In this document: positions 49,322-58,823 of the stretch, piece by piece
Layout: every line of letters begins with the position of its first letter
Numbering within the stretch: the stretch's first letter is position 1
NCBI GenBank assembly: GCA_963764165.1
Contig: CAVXRD010000004.1
Location: 256,001-320,000 of the forward strand
Source: an uncultured Verrucomicrobiae bacterium
GTDB lineage: Bacteria; Verrucomicrobiota; Verrucomicrobiia; Limisphaerales; Palsa-1400
DNA length: 64,000 nucleotides
Direction: 5' to 3'
Made by a program: the position numbers and the translations under genes
Notes under the pieces: model-generated
Seen by the model: only the letters and a program-made list of their open reading frames with translations
The model's database searches: none
What the model was told of the DNA's origin: nothing

Positions 49322-50665
49322 GTGAACGCGCCCTCCATTTTGCATTTAGTCCAGGGCCATTGGCTGGTGATCGGCTTCGCCGCGCTGGTCTTATGGATTG
49401 GTTACAAGTTCATTCGGAACGAGGATTTCGCTGAACACCTGTCTGTGTTGAAATTTGGGCTCGTTTTTTTGGCGGCCACGTTCCTCGCTGGGATGTCGAT
49501 CGGCAAATTCTCCGGGTCGCCTTTGGCCGGGGCCTGCGCTTGTGTCGTCCTTGCGATTCCGGCGCTTGTTTTCCTCTTCAAGGTGTTTGATCGCGCTTTT
49601 AATGATTCGCTGGGCGGCTTTGTGTTCGATCTGCTTTTTAACGAAGGGCCCTTTGCCGAGAAAATTCGGACTGTCAGGAAAAAGAGGCCGAACCTGACCT
49701 TGCTGCGCCATTGGCGCGATTCGGGCCACGTCCGCAAAGCCAGCCGCACGGTGCGCGGAGCTCTTGCAAACGATCGCCAGTGCTTCGGGCATTGGCTGTT
49801 TGCCATCGAAACGGCCCTGCTTTACGAGCGGTCGCCCTATAAGGCCACGCGACTGGCCCGACGCCTCATTCGCTTGAAAGAGATAAGCGAAGAGCAGAAG
49901 CTTTATGCCGTCAAACAGCTCGAGACGTGGAGTGATTTGACCGGTAAGAGAATCAGCCTGAATCCCCCGGCGCCTGTTGTCCGGCGCAAACCGTTCGAGG
50001 AAGCGGTCGCCCTGCGCGAGCAAGGCTACTTTGAGGAAGCCGAGACCCGGCTGCGACACGTCCTGACGCGCGATCACGATAATTTCGCCGCCTTGCAACT
50101 GCTTATTCGCCTTTACGCGCAGGATTTGAAAAGGCCCGACCTGGCCGAAAAGACTTTTGATGAACTGAAGAGGACCCCGCATGTGCCGGGCTCATTGGTC
50201 GATTTCGTTGAAAAGAGCCTTTCCGATTGGATTGGGGCGCCGCCCTGCGCCGAGCGGAAAAAGAGATCGTTTTGGGAGCGATTGTCATTTCGTTCTCCAA
50301 AGAGTCCGGCATTCAGCCCGATGTCACCGGAATCGCAGTTGGCGGCCGATCAGCCAACTGCGGATTCTCCGGAACTTGGGCCCGACCCTTCCATGTCGGT
50401 CGCTGATCTTTTGAAAGACGGATACATCGGAACCGCCTTGGAACGGGCCCAAACAGAAGCCGAGGCGCAACCAACCAATTTCGCCGCCCAGCGCCAGTTG
50501 CTGGATGCCTACTGCCGCGGTTTCGTCTCCATCAAAAATGCCGAGAAACTGCTGGCGAAAATCGAGAGGGAGCCAAAATTCAAAGAGCAACAAAAACAAG
50601 AAGCCCGGGAAATCGTCAAAAATGCGAAGAGCGCGGAGCAGGAAATCTCCCGAAAAATATATTAG
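49322..50665 (+). CDS. Membrane protein with TPR-like helical domain
   Basis: Three N-terminal TMs, then EEAVALREQGYFEEAE...NFAALQLLIRLYAQDL; start uncertain. Confidence 0.65.
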   Translation: MNAPSILHLVQGHWLVIGFAALVLWIGYKFIRNEDFAEHLSVLKFGLVFLAATFLAGMSIGKFSGSPLAGACACVVLAIPALVFLFKVFDRAFNDSLGGFVFDLLFNEGPFAEKIRTVRKKRPNLTLLRHWRDSGHVRKASRTVRGALANDRQCFGHWLFAIETALLYERSPYKATRLARRLIRLKEISEEQKLYAVKQLETWSDLTGKRISLNPPAPVVRRKPFEEAVALREQGYFEEAETRLRHVLTRDHDNFAALQLLIRLYAQDLKRPDLAEKTFDELKRTPHVPGSLVDFVEKSLSDWIGAPPCAERKKRSFWERLSFRSPKSPAFSPMSPESQLAADQPTADSPELGPDPSMSVADLLKDGYIGTALERAQTEAEAQPTNFAAQRQLLDAYCRGFVSIKNAEKLLAKIEREPKFKEQQKQEAREIVKNAKSAEQEISRKIY

Positions 50666-50743
50666 ACTGGTTCCAACCTGCCTCCAGACTGTAGTTTTAT
50701 TAATAATGGCCGAACGATGGCGCTCCACGATACCCAGCATAAA

Positions 50744-52186
50744 ATGAAGACGAATCCAAAAAACCAATTCCCCTCGATGATTTTGATGGCCGCCCTGGCA
50801 ACGCCAGCGCTAACCGCCAATGCGGTGATTGAAGCATGGCCGCAGTTTCACGGGGCCAATGGCTCCGGCGTCGCAAGCGCCGCGAAACCTCCGGTGAACT
50901 TTGGGCCGACGAATGGCGTTATTTGGAGTGTCGATGTCCCGTGGTCGCCGTCCTCACCTTGTGTTTGGGACAACAAGATTTTTCTCACGACGTTTGACAA
51001 GGGCGAGCTTGAAACCCGTTGCCACAACGCCATCGACGGAAAACTTCTTTGGGCGCACGGAGTAAAGCCCGCTGCCATCGAAGACTACCATAACACGGAC
51101 GGCAGCCCTGCCGCCTCAACACCCGCTTGTGACGGACAGCACGTCGTTAGTTACTTTGGTTCGTTCGGCGTCATTTGCCATGACACCAACGGCAAGGAGC
51201 TTTGGCGTCATCCGCTGCCGGTGGCGCTGAGCGCCGGCCAATACGGCACGGGGACCTCGCCGATTATTGCCGATGGCCGCGCCATCATCAGCCGCGACCA
51301 GTTTAGGGGTTCGTCGATCCTGGCTCTAGACTTGAAAACCGGAGAGAAACTTTGGGACGCTCCGCGGCCGGATTCCCGCGGCAGTTTTGGAACTCCGACA
51401 TTATGGAACAACAACGGCGTGGATGAAATCGTCCTCGCCTCGGGCGGCCACATCAAAGGTTACGATTTGAAAACCGGCGCGGAGCGCTGGGTCATTGACG
51501 GCGTGACGGGTTTCGTTTGCACAACGTCCATTGTTGCGGATGGAATGCTTTACTTCGCGGCATGGTCCAATGGGACAGTGGATTCCCAAATGCCGTCATG
51601 GGAAGATTTTCGCAAATCTTTCGACAAAAATGGCGACGGCGTGGTCACCTTCGACGAGATCGATCCCAAAATGCTGCAATACCTCCGCGGCCTGGACGCC
51701 AATCGCGACGGCAAATTCACGAAGGAAGATTTCGATTTGATGAAGGCGGGGTCCGCGCATTGCGAGAATTTGGTGGTCGCGGTAAAGCCCGGCGGCACTG
51801 GCAACATTACGGCCTCGCACGTCGCCTGGAAATTCACCAAGGGCCTTCCCTATGTCCCCTCCCCTATTTGTTATGATGGCCGCGTTTATTTTGTGAAGGA
51901 CGGTGGGATGCTGACATCGCTGAACGCAAAAACCGGCGAACCGTTTTACACCCAAGAACGGCTTCTTGAAGCCACGGGAGCCTATTACTCCTCGCCTGTC
52001 GCTGCGGACGGCCGCATTTATCTCGCATCGTTGAAAGGCACGTTGACCGTCGTCAAAGCTGGCGGGGAGAAGCCTGAAATTCTGCACCAGGTGGATTTTG
52101 GCGACCGCATTCTTGCCACACCCGCCTTGGTCGGAGACAAAATTTACGTTCGGACGACTGGCAAGCTGTGGGCGTTTGGGAGGTAG
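50744..52186 (+). CDS. Exported PQQ-like beta-propeller with an inserted EF-hand pair
   Basis: WPQFHG, SSPCVW, ASTPACDG, YVPSP, YSSPVAADG; DKNGDGVVTFDE and DANRDGKFTKED. Confidence 0.9.
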   Translation: MKTNPKNQFPSMILMAALATPALTANAVIEAWPQFHGANGSGVASAAKPPVNFGPTNGVIWSVDVPWSPSSPCVWDNKIFLTTFDKGELETRCHNAIDGKLLWAHGVKPAAIEDYHNTDGSPAASTPACDGQHVVSYFGSFGVICHDTNGKELWRHPLPVALSAGQYGTGTSPIIADGRAIISRDQFRGSSILALDLKTGEKLWDAPRPDSRGSFGTPTLWNNNGVDEIVLASGGHIKGYDLKTGAERWVIDGVTGFVCTTSIVADGMLYFAAWSNGTVDSQMPSWEDFRKSFDKNGDGVVTFDEIDPKMLQYLRGLDANRDGKFTKEDFDLMKAGSAHCENLVVAVKPGGTGNITASHVAWKFTKGLPYVPSPICYDGRVYFVKDGGMLTSLNAKTGEPFYTQERLLEATGAYYSSPVAADGRIYLASLKGTLTVVKAGGEKPEILHQVDFGDRILATPALVGDKIYVRTTGKLWAFGR

Positions 52187-52259
52187 GTTATCGAATGATT
52201 GCGGATCTCACCGAACTTAAATTCTCGCGGAGCCTGCATTTGAGGCGCATATAGACTCA

Positions 52260-52490
52260 GAGCGTGTTTTGAAAATAGCTTGGGTAAGGGATTGCGAGCG
52301 CGGCGGGGCGGATGGCGAAGCAGCCCGCAGAGCGGGCAGCTATTAATTTGTTCAGACTCGACGAAGGAGAATATCCCTCGTGGATCTTCGACTGAGGAGC
52401 AACGACCTGTCCTCCGTAGCCATGGCGAAGGAGGAAGCCAGCCGCCCCGCCCCGCCGCAAGACCGCCCAAGCTATTTTCAAAACACGCTC
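52260..52490. mobile_element. Non-autonomous MITE with IS5-like GAG ends
   Basis: Perfect 25-bp TIR GAGCGTGTTTTGAAAATAGCTTGGG, flanked by a TCA direct repeat (52257-52259, 52491-52493). Confidence 0.8.
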
Positions 52491-52614
52491 TCAGGCATTG
52501 ACGGGCCATCCGGAATCCTCGCCCTGACATGACCGCGCTGATGCGCCTTGACTGCTTGGACATCATTGCCACGCCCTGTTAAAATGCTGGTGAGAAACCG
52601 ACGAAACACTTAAT

Positions 52615-52836
52615 ATGCCGCGCAGCATGAAACGACGCACTGGAGCGCAAGATATCGCTGGAGCCCGGCGCTGGGCACGGAAGCTGTGTGCTCAAGTCGA
52701 AAAAATTGTCGCCGCTCATCCGGGCGCTGATCGCGACAATATTCGCCATACTTTGATTCTGCTCGAGCAACCCCCGCTTGAACGATTGCAAAGGAGTCTA
52801 ATCCGTGGACGCGCTCTTACCATTTTCCGAAAATGA
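52615..52836 (+). CDS. Small hypothetical protein, partner of the nucleotidyltransferase
   Basis: 73 aa; overlaps the downstream gene; ends PPLERLQRSL-type helix. Confidence 0.6.
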   Translation: MPRSMKRRTGAQDIAGARRWARKLCAQVEKIVAAHPGADRDNIRHTLILLEQPPLERLQRSLIRGRALTIFRK

Positions 52837-53293
52837 AATCCGACTGCTTGGCAGCCTGCTCAAGCACGAGGTTCGATTTATGGTAGTTGGCTTGGCCGCT
52901 GCCACGCTGCAGGGTGCGCCGGTGGTGACACAGGATGTTGATCTTTGGTTTGAAAAACTTGGAGAGGGGAAAATCTCTCGTGCCTTGCGGCAAGTCGGGG
53001 CTGCCTATGTGCCACCCTCAATCATCAACCCGCCGATGCTTGACGGCGCTGGTTCGGAACTGTTCGTCATTGCGATTCGAATGGACGGTTTGGGAACATT
53101 TGAAGATGAGTTCAAAAACTGCATCGATATCCCGCTGGCTGGATGCACATTGAAAGTCCTCGCGCTGGAACGCATACTTGCCAGCAAAATCGCGGCAAAC
53201 CGGCCCAAGGATGCCCTAACCATTCCGGTTTTGCGCGATGCACTCGCCACAATCCAAGCGCAGAAGCCCAAGTCTAAGAAAAAGAATTCTTAG
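52805..53293 (+). CDS. Nucleotidyltransferase-fold protein (possible TA component)
   Basis: FMVVGLAAATLQGAPVVTQDVDLW; LERILASKIAANRPKD. Confidence 0.78.
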   Translation: MDALLPFSENEIRLLGSLLKHEVRFMVVGLAAATLQGAPVVTQDVDLWFEKLGEGKISRALRQVGAAYVPPSIINPPMLDGAGSELFVIAIRMDGLGTFEDEFKNCIDIPLAGCTLKVLALERILASKIAANRPKDALTIPVLRDALATIQAQKPKSKKKNS

Positions 53294-53326
53294 ACGATAT
53301 TATTCCCCCACTCCATTGATTAACCC

Positions 53327-54109
53327 ATGAGCATCCCCTACTATCAAGTTGATGCCTTCACAAGCGCCCTCTTCTCCGGCAACCCGGCGGGAGTTTGCTT
53401 GTTGACAGAGTGGCTGCCAGACGCCGTCCTCCAATCCATTGCGGCGGAAAACAATCTCGCGGAGACTGCGTTTGTGGTGCAACGAGACTCCTGCTTCGAC
53501 CTTCGCTGGTTCGCGCCTACCTTGGAAATGGACTTGTGCGGCCACGCGACGCTCGCCCCCGCTCATGTCATCTTCCGGCACCTCGGCTGGCGTGGCTTGG
53601 CTGTGAAATTTCAGACACGATCCGGGGTGCTTACCGTGACTCGCGAGGACGATCTTCTGTCGCTCGACTTTCCGTCCCGCCCCGCCGCCGATTGTTCCGC
53701 GCCCGCCGATTTGATTGAAGGCCTCGGTTGCACACCCAGCGCGACCGCCAAGGCGCGCGATTACATGGCCGTTTTCGACTCCGAACAGGCCATCCGAGAG
53801 CTTCAGCCGGACATGACCGCCCTTATGCGCCTCGATTGCCTGGGGGTCATCGCCACCGCACCCGGCGAGCAATGCGATTTTGTTTCGCGCTTTTTTGCCC
53901 CACGCGCCGGAGTTCCAGAAGATCCCGCCACGGGATCCTCGCATTGCACATTAATTCCATATTGGGCTGAGCGTCTCGGACGCCAAAAGTTTCACGCCTT
54001 GCAACTTTCCAAGCGCGGCGGAGAGTTTTATTGTGAGAATCGCGGCGAACGTGTTGGGATCGCCGGACGCGCCGTGACTTACTCGACCGGCTTCCTCCAT
54101 GTCGCGTGA
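53327..54109 (+). CDS. PhzF-family epimerase/isomerase
   Basis: QVDAFT...GNPAGV, NLAETAF, LCGHATLA, EDPATGS. Confidence 0.93.
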   Translation: MSIPYYQVDAFTSALFSGNPAGVCLLTEWLPDAVLQSIAAENNLAETAFVVQRDSCFDLRWFAPTLEMDLCGHATLAPAHVIFRHLGWRGLAVKFQTRSGVLTVTREDDLLSLDFPSRPAADCSAPADLIEGLGCTPSATAKARDYMAVFDSEQAIRELQPDMTALMRLDCLGVIATAPGEQCDFVSRFFAPRAGVPEDPATGSSHCTLIPYWAERLGRQKFHALQLSKRGGEFYCENRGERVGIAGRAVTYSTGFLHVA

Positions 54110-54179
54110 GCATGTTGTCGAGTTCGCTTAGTTGTTGCAGTTGCGCGGGTGAGCGGAAATGGAGTTGTCGAAACGCCGT

Positions 54180-54645
54180 GGATAGTGAGTGCCGTCAGGC
54201 ACGCCATATTTATAGTAACCACGAAGAAAGAATCCCAAGCCCCGTAAGGCGCGACATATTCCGCTTCACGGAAAAGGCGTCGTCTTCCCCGCGCAATGGC
54301 CATCCTTGGCCTTCTTGACGAGCGAGTCGAGTTTCCCGGCGTGGGCATCCGCCGCAATTTGCTCATCCCAAAGCTTTTCGCGGCAATCCATCAACCAATC
54401 AGCCACTGCGTGAATATCTTTGGGCTTGAGCCGCGTGATGGCGGATTCAATTTCTTGCACCGTGCTCATGGTCTAAAATTATCTGATTGGCGGATGGTGA
54501 CAAGTCCCCCGCTGCTCGTCTCTTGAGATGCGTAAGCGATCGAAATGGGCAACGCTCATTGCCATGCCCGCCTCGTTCAGGGGCGGCATCGTTGTAGTAG
54601 CGACGCAAAAAATCCTCCAAGCTCCGTCCAGGAGCGGCATCGTTA
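54180..54645. repeat. REP-like hairpins (GCxCCGTxAGGxGC type) flanking the small antitoxin-like gene
   Basis: GTGCCGTCAGGCAC, GCCCCGTAAGGCGC, GCTCCGTCCAGGAGC; related copies at 58410-58575. Confidence 0.6.
54266..54469 (-). CDS. Small antitoxin-like protein (orphan)
   Basis: MSTVQEIESAI...WDEQIAADAHAGKLD motif; no toxin ORF follows. Confidence 0.7.
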   Translation of the reverse strand: MSTVQEIESAITRLKPKDIHAVADWLMDCREKLWDEQIAADAHAGKLDSLVKKAKDGHCAGKTTPFP

Positions 54646-54701
54646 ACCGGCTGGCATTGGCCGCATGTGTAGGCGGAATGTGCTATTGCGCCCGACCGCC
54701 T

Positions 54702-54904
54702 TTTTCATTAACACACCGCTTCAGCGGGGTGTGGCCGCAGCCGAAACCACAAAAACCGTTTTAACGGTTTCATCAGGAGCGAACGGCGTTCCAGGCGTCC
54801 CAGACTCGGCGGCGACGTAAGCCACGGCAGGGCCAGAAACCGTTAAAACGGTTTCTCCGTCCTCGGCCTCGGGCCACCTCGCTGAAGCGGTGTGTTAATG
54901 AAAA
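54702..54904. repeat. Palindromic REPIN/MITE-like element
   Basis: TTTTCATTAACACACCGCTTCAGCG and its inverted copy as ends; two internal AAACCGTT(T/A)(T/A)AACGGTTT palindromes. Confidence 0.8.
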
Positions 54905-55122
54905 GACCGCCAGAAGAGGAAGAATCCGTCTCACACTCAGATGCATTTCATCAGCTCAATCCGCGTTGCGCACGTCATCTGGAAGCTGCGCCCAATGCAG
55001 CCATGAGATTTCGACGCGCAAACAGGTGGTTCTCGCTATTTTCGGTGGAACAGAGGCACGAGATTTCTCGGTTGGGGCGATTGCAGTCCGTCAATCCCGA
55101 CGGGATTGAATCATTTAGCCTA

Positions 55123-56001
55123 GAGCCTGTACTTAACTTCTTCGGAATAGAGCGGCTAGCATGAGGGTGGCGAAAGCCAGCCAGTGGTATCCTGCCAGGG
55201 TTTCCGCCAGCCGTTCATAATCGCGAGCCAAGCGGCGGAATCGGGCCGCCCAAGCGAACGACCTTTCTACAACCCAGCGCCGAGGCAGCAACACAAAGCC
55301 CTTTTTCGGCTCGTGATGTTTTACCACGTGTAACTCAATGCCGTGTTGGGAGGCCGCCTCAGCGGGTTTTTCTCCGGTGTAACCTTGATCGACGAAGGCC
55401 ACGCTCACGGGTTCGTCCACGGCGGCCTGCACCGCTTGGGCCAGTTGCTCCACCTGCACACGATCCTGCTCGTTGGCTGGGGTCACTGCCAGCGCCAGCA
55501 GGTGACCCAGGGTGTCCACCGCCGCATGCACCTTGGAACCTTTGCGCTTTTTATGTCCGTCGAAACCGGCGCGCGCTCCGCTCTCCGGCGTCGATGGCAA
55601 GGTCCGGCTATCCAGAATGACGGCGCTCGGATCAGCCTTCCGCTCCAAGGCCAGACGCAAAACAGCGCGCAAATCATGCGCCATCGCCTCAAAACAGCCG
55701 GCTTTGACCCAACGCCGGGTTTGTTGGTACACAACGTGCCAGGGCGGCAAGTCATGCGGCATCATCCGCCACGCCAGCCCGGCTCGGATTTGGTAGCGCA
55801 GGGCATTGAAGACCTCGCGCAACGGATAATCCCGCTGCGGAGCCTTCTCTGTCATAAGTGTCAAGTAACGGGCGCAGAAGGCCCATTCCTCATCGCTGAC
55901 ATCGCTTGGATAGCTCGATCGTTTTTCCTTCATCCGCAGCGTATTGCCGGGATATAAATACATTGTACAGACAATTTTTACAAAAAGTTAAGTACAGGCT
56001 C
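55123..56001 (-). mobile_element. Complete IS5-family insertion sequence (879 bp)
   Basis: 17-bp perfect TIR GAGCCTGTACTTAACTT; TA duplication within a CTAG target. Confidence 0.93.
55133..55933 (-). CDS. IS5-family DDE transposase
   Basis: [45 protein letters not shown]...RRLARDYE. Confidence 0.96.
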   Translation of the reverse strand: MKEKRSSYPSDVSDEEWAFCARYLTLMTEKAPQRDYPLREVFNALRYQIRAGLAWRMMPHDLPPWHVVYQQTRRWVKAGCFEAMAHDLRAVLRLALERKADPSAVILDSRTLPSTPESGARAGFDGHKKRKGSKVHAAVDTLGHLLALAVTPANEQDRVQVEQLAQAVQAAVDEPVSVAFVDQGYTGEKPAEAASQHGIELHVVKHHEPKKGFVLLPRRWVVERSFAWAARFRRLARDYERLAETLAGYHWLAFATLMLAALFRRS

Positions 56002-56288
56002 TAGAGTTAGCGCAATTCACAAAAAACCTCAATAAATGAATCAACTTCGTTTCCGAGTCAATGACGCCACCCACTAATGGAAACCCGCCCGCCGCTTTAG
56101 AGGCATAAAATGGGTCACCGCGCAATTGCGTACTTGCTTCCTCCTATTTCACGGCTCAATGTGACGTCCGCGTGTCAAATATGCGATTACGTGGGATTGA
56201 CCGTTTTTGACTTTTTTGAATCGCCTTAGAATGGCCGGTTTTGATTCGACCTTACCCGGCAGCTTTTGAAGTGACAAGTGACAGAATT

Positions 56289-56837
56289 ATGAAGCCTCAA
56301 GATCAACGAGAAATGCCGGCGCAGCTTTTGTCAATCGCGTGCGCACTAATTGCCATAATCCATCTCTGCAATTGTTCAGGCAAGGCGGATTTCGTGTTGC
56401 TTGGATTTGTGGCGCTTGGTGCCGCACCGTGGATGGGCGGCATCTTTGAAAGCATCTCTAAAGACGGTGTGAAATATCGTCAGCAAGGATCCACACCGGC
56501 TCAACCTGCGACGCCATTCGCGATCGCGCAGGCACACCCTTCAAGCATATTTTCACAAATGGCCATTCAAGAAAAGAAGGTGTTAGCGACATTGTGGAAA
56601 TATCAAAAAATTCATTTTCAAAATCGCAGGGATCAGCGCTGGACTTTTACCGTGGCCACTGGCTCACCGGAATACATGGAGTTTTCCTTCGGCGTTTTGT
56701 TGCTAATCGATAAAAGATATGCGGCCGTTGCGCCTTCAGGCCAGATAATGCTGACTGAATCTGGATACAATTTCTGTCATGAACATGACCTAGAAATCTC
56801 GGCTTGGCCCACAACCTACGATAGATTTTCAAATTGA
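56289..56837 (+). CDS. Hypothetical two-TM protein (low GC)
   Basis: Two N-terminal TMs (DFVLLGFVALGAAPW...FESI) and a winged-helix-like C-terminus (LTESGYNF). Confidence 0.65.
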   Translation: MKPQDQREMPAQLLSIACALIAIIHLCNCSGKADFVLLGFVALGAAPWMGGIFESISKDGVKYRQQGSTPAQPATPFAIAQAHPSSIFSQMAIQEKKVLATLWKYQKIHFQNRRDQRWTFTVATGSPEYMEFSFGVLLLIDKRYAAVAPSGQIMLTESGYNFCHEHDLEISAWPTTYDRFSN

Positions 56838-56845
56838 GGAGGATT

Positions 56846-57769
56846 ATGAGACGGAGAAAGGTTGAACTTGTATTGATGATGGTGTTATGCCTGATCGCAG
56901 GGTGCAAAACAACGTACAATAATGATTCCCGGCCGCTACCTGGCGGCCTAAAGTTCGCAAAAGGAGAGACAAATGACCTCTCGATCAATCTTCACATTAC
57001 AAATGAACCGCTCGACAAGGTGGTGCTGAAAGTTGAACCAACAAATTCAACTCCGGAAATTGAAATGAAAGTAAGGCTCACGGCTAAAGAACCCGAGGAA
57101 ACTACCCTTCCACTCATAATGGATGTTAAGGCGACCAACAAAAGCCCAGTGCCCGTAAGCATGACAGTTTCAAATACCTCGGCGGTAGTCGTTCCGATCA
57201 ACCTTTTCACTGATGCTGTCAAAGAGATTATCGTTCCAATTAAAGTCCGCCTCGACACAAGTGATTTTGCATCGGCGAAGATTTCATCAGAAATCACTTT
57301 AAAGCTGGACGACGATGTTAAGGCGCTAGTGAAACAGTTGGCTGATTGCAGTTTGGATGCGCCTCCAAAAATGAACCTCACGGGATGGGGACATAATTTA
57401 TCATGGCTTTGCGATTTTTTAGTATTACTATTTATTGTTGCCGTTTCTGGGGCCGCGGGTGGTTTTTTTAGAACAGTCGCGGACGATGCTTCACGCCATT
57501 TAATATATACTAAAATTAGCGTTTTTAGAATATGGAAATCTGCGGAGCTTTTGTCTAATATCATCTTCGGCATAACTGCCGCTTTTTTAGTCCCCACAGC
57601 TCTGTATCTAAAGCACCGAAAATTTTTTGAATTGGGAGTCAAGGACCCACTTTTTTTACTAATACTGGTAAGCGCTAGTTTTGCAGCAGGATTGATTGGT
57701 GCGGTTTTTGTTCAGTGGTTCTACACAATCGCCACAAAAATGTTTCATGAAAACGAACCTCCTAAATAG
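56846..57769 (+). CDS. Hypothetical lipoprotein with a C-terminal three-TM (YLATT-like) domain (low GC)
   Basis: LIAGC lipobox; beta-rich middle; SGAAGGFF...IIFGITAAFLVP...SFAAGLIG TMs. Confidence 0.65.
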   Translation: MRRRKVELVLMMVLCLIAGCKTTYNNDSRPLPGGLKFAKGETNDLSINLHITNEPLDKVVLKVEPTNSTPEIEMKVRLTAKEPEETTLPLIMDVKATNKSPVPVSMTVSNTSAVVVPINLFTDAVKEIIVPIKVRLDTSDFASAKISSEITLKLDDDVKALVKQLADCSLDAPPKMNLTGWGHNLSWLCDFLVLLFIVAVSGAAGGFFRTVADDASRHLIYTKISVFRIWKSAELLSNIIFGITAAFLVPTALYLKHRKFFELGVKDPLFLLILVSASFAAGLIGAVFVQWFYTIATKMFHENEPPK

Positions 57770-57892
57770 TGAATATAAAGTGCGGAAATTTATGGGCCGC
57801 GCTATTGCGTCTGGGAGGCAACGAAAATTTAGAGGGCTTTAAAGCCGCATTGTTGGGCGCCCTTTCTTGAGGTTTCGACAGACTCACTCAAA

Positions 57893-57928
57893 TCAAGCGG
57901 ACGCATCCACAACGAAACTGCCGCTCAC
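57893..57928 (-). pseudogene. Truncated VapC/PIN toxin start
   Basis: GTG overlaps the antitoxin stop and reads MSGSFVVDASA* (PIN first-strand motif). Confidence 0.65.
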
Positions 57929-58185
57929 CGCCGCCCCTCGCTAATCCAAGCTTTGACTTCCGCAGTGGTGAGTTTTGGTTTCCCTTGGTTCCGGCGAGAG
58001 ATTTGCTGGCGGAATTCGAAAGGTACGGCGACCGCCGCGCGCACGGATTCCAGATCGCGGCGGCCTTCGGGCACCAAGCGCGCCACCGGCTTGTCGTGCC
58101 GGGTGATGACTTCTTCACCTTGCGCTACCAGTTCAAGGAGCTGGCCAAACCGGGTCTTGGCTTCCAATGCGGTGACACTTTCCAT
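57925..58185 (-). CDS. Phd/YefM-family antitoxin
   Basis: VTALEAKTRFGQLLELVAQGEEVITRHDKPVARLVP. Confidence 0.9.
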   Translation of the reverse strand: MESVTALEAKTRFGQLLELVAQGEEVITRHDKPVARLVPEGRRDLESVRAAVAVPFEFRQQISRRNQGKPKLTTAEVKAWISEGRR

Positions 58186-58279
58186 AGTTTCGTCTCAGTC
58201 AAGATTGACCATTCGTTAGGTGCTTTAGCACAGTCCGCTCTGGGTGTGCAACGCGAGATGAGCTGACCGCCGGGGTCAG

Positions 58280-58751
58280 ACGTCTCTGATGCGGAACGCG
58301 AGGCGCGTCCCGCTGCACGCGGGGGCGCGTGCGCTCCCTGGATCCGGCTTGGGGAGCACACGCGCCTCGCGTGTCGCGGTTGGCGCCCTCGCCGACCGCA
58401 TTTCGCTTTTTAGCAGCGCCGTAGGTGCGACATCGTTGTAGAACCCCGCATCCTTTGGAATCAAGCCTCGTAGGGGCGACATATGCTTTGACGTCACGCG
58501 AACGATGCCGCTCCCACGGAGTTCGTTATTCGTTGTCGGTTGTTGATCTACAAAGATTTCGCTCCTACGGAGCTTGGCTGGAGCGATTCAGTTGAATCAA
58601 GGGGACTGCGGCCGTCTCGGCCGCCGCATTTGGCGTCCCGCCGAATGCATCTTCAGTCTCAGATGCCTTCGCACATCCGGGACCGGCGCTTTTGATCGCG
58701 GCGACCACTCGGCGGGACGCCGACTGGAGGCGACCGGGACGGTCGCGCTCC
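58280..58751. repeat. Dense cluster of several REP-like families
   Basis: GGCGCGTGCGCTCCC / GGGAGCACACGCGCC pair, GCTCCTACGGAGC-type hairpins and a copy of the 15301-15420 element. Confidence 0.7.
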
Positions 58752-58823
58752 ATTAAGAAATCTGTCCACCTAGACAGCCTTTGTCCAAGCAACCGTGGCA
58801 GTCTCAAAAGGAAAAAGACAATT

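Noticed and set aside
55959..55968. TACATTGTA resembling a third BlaI box
   Set aside because: The spacer is 1 bp rather than 2, and it lies inside the IS end.
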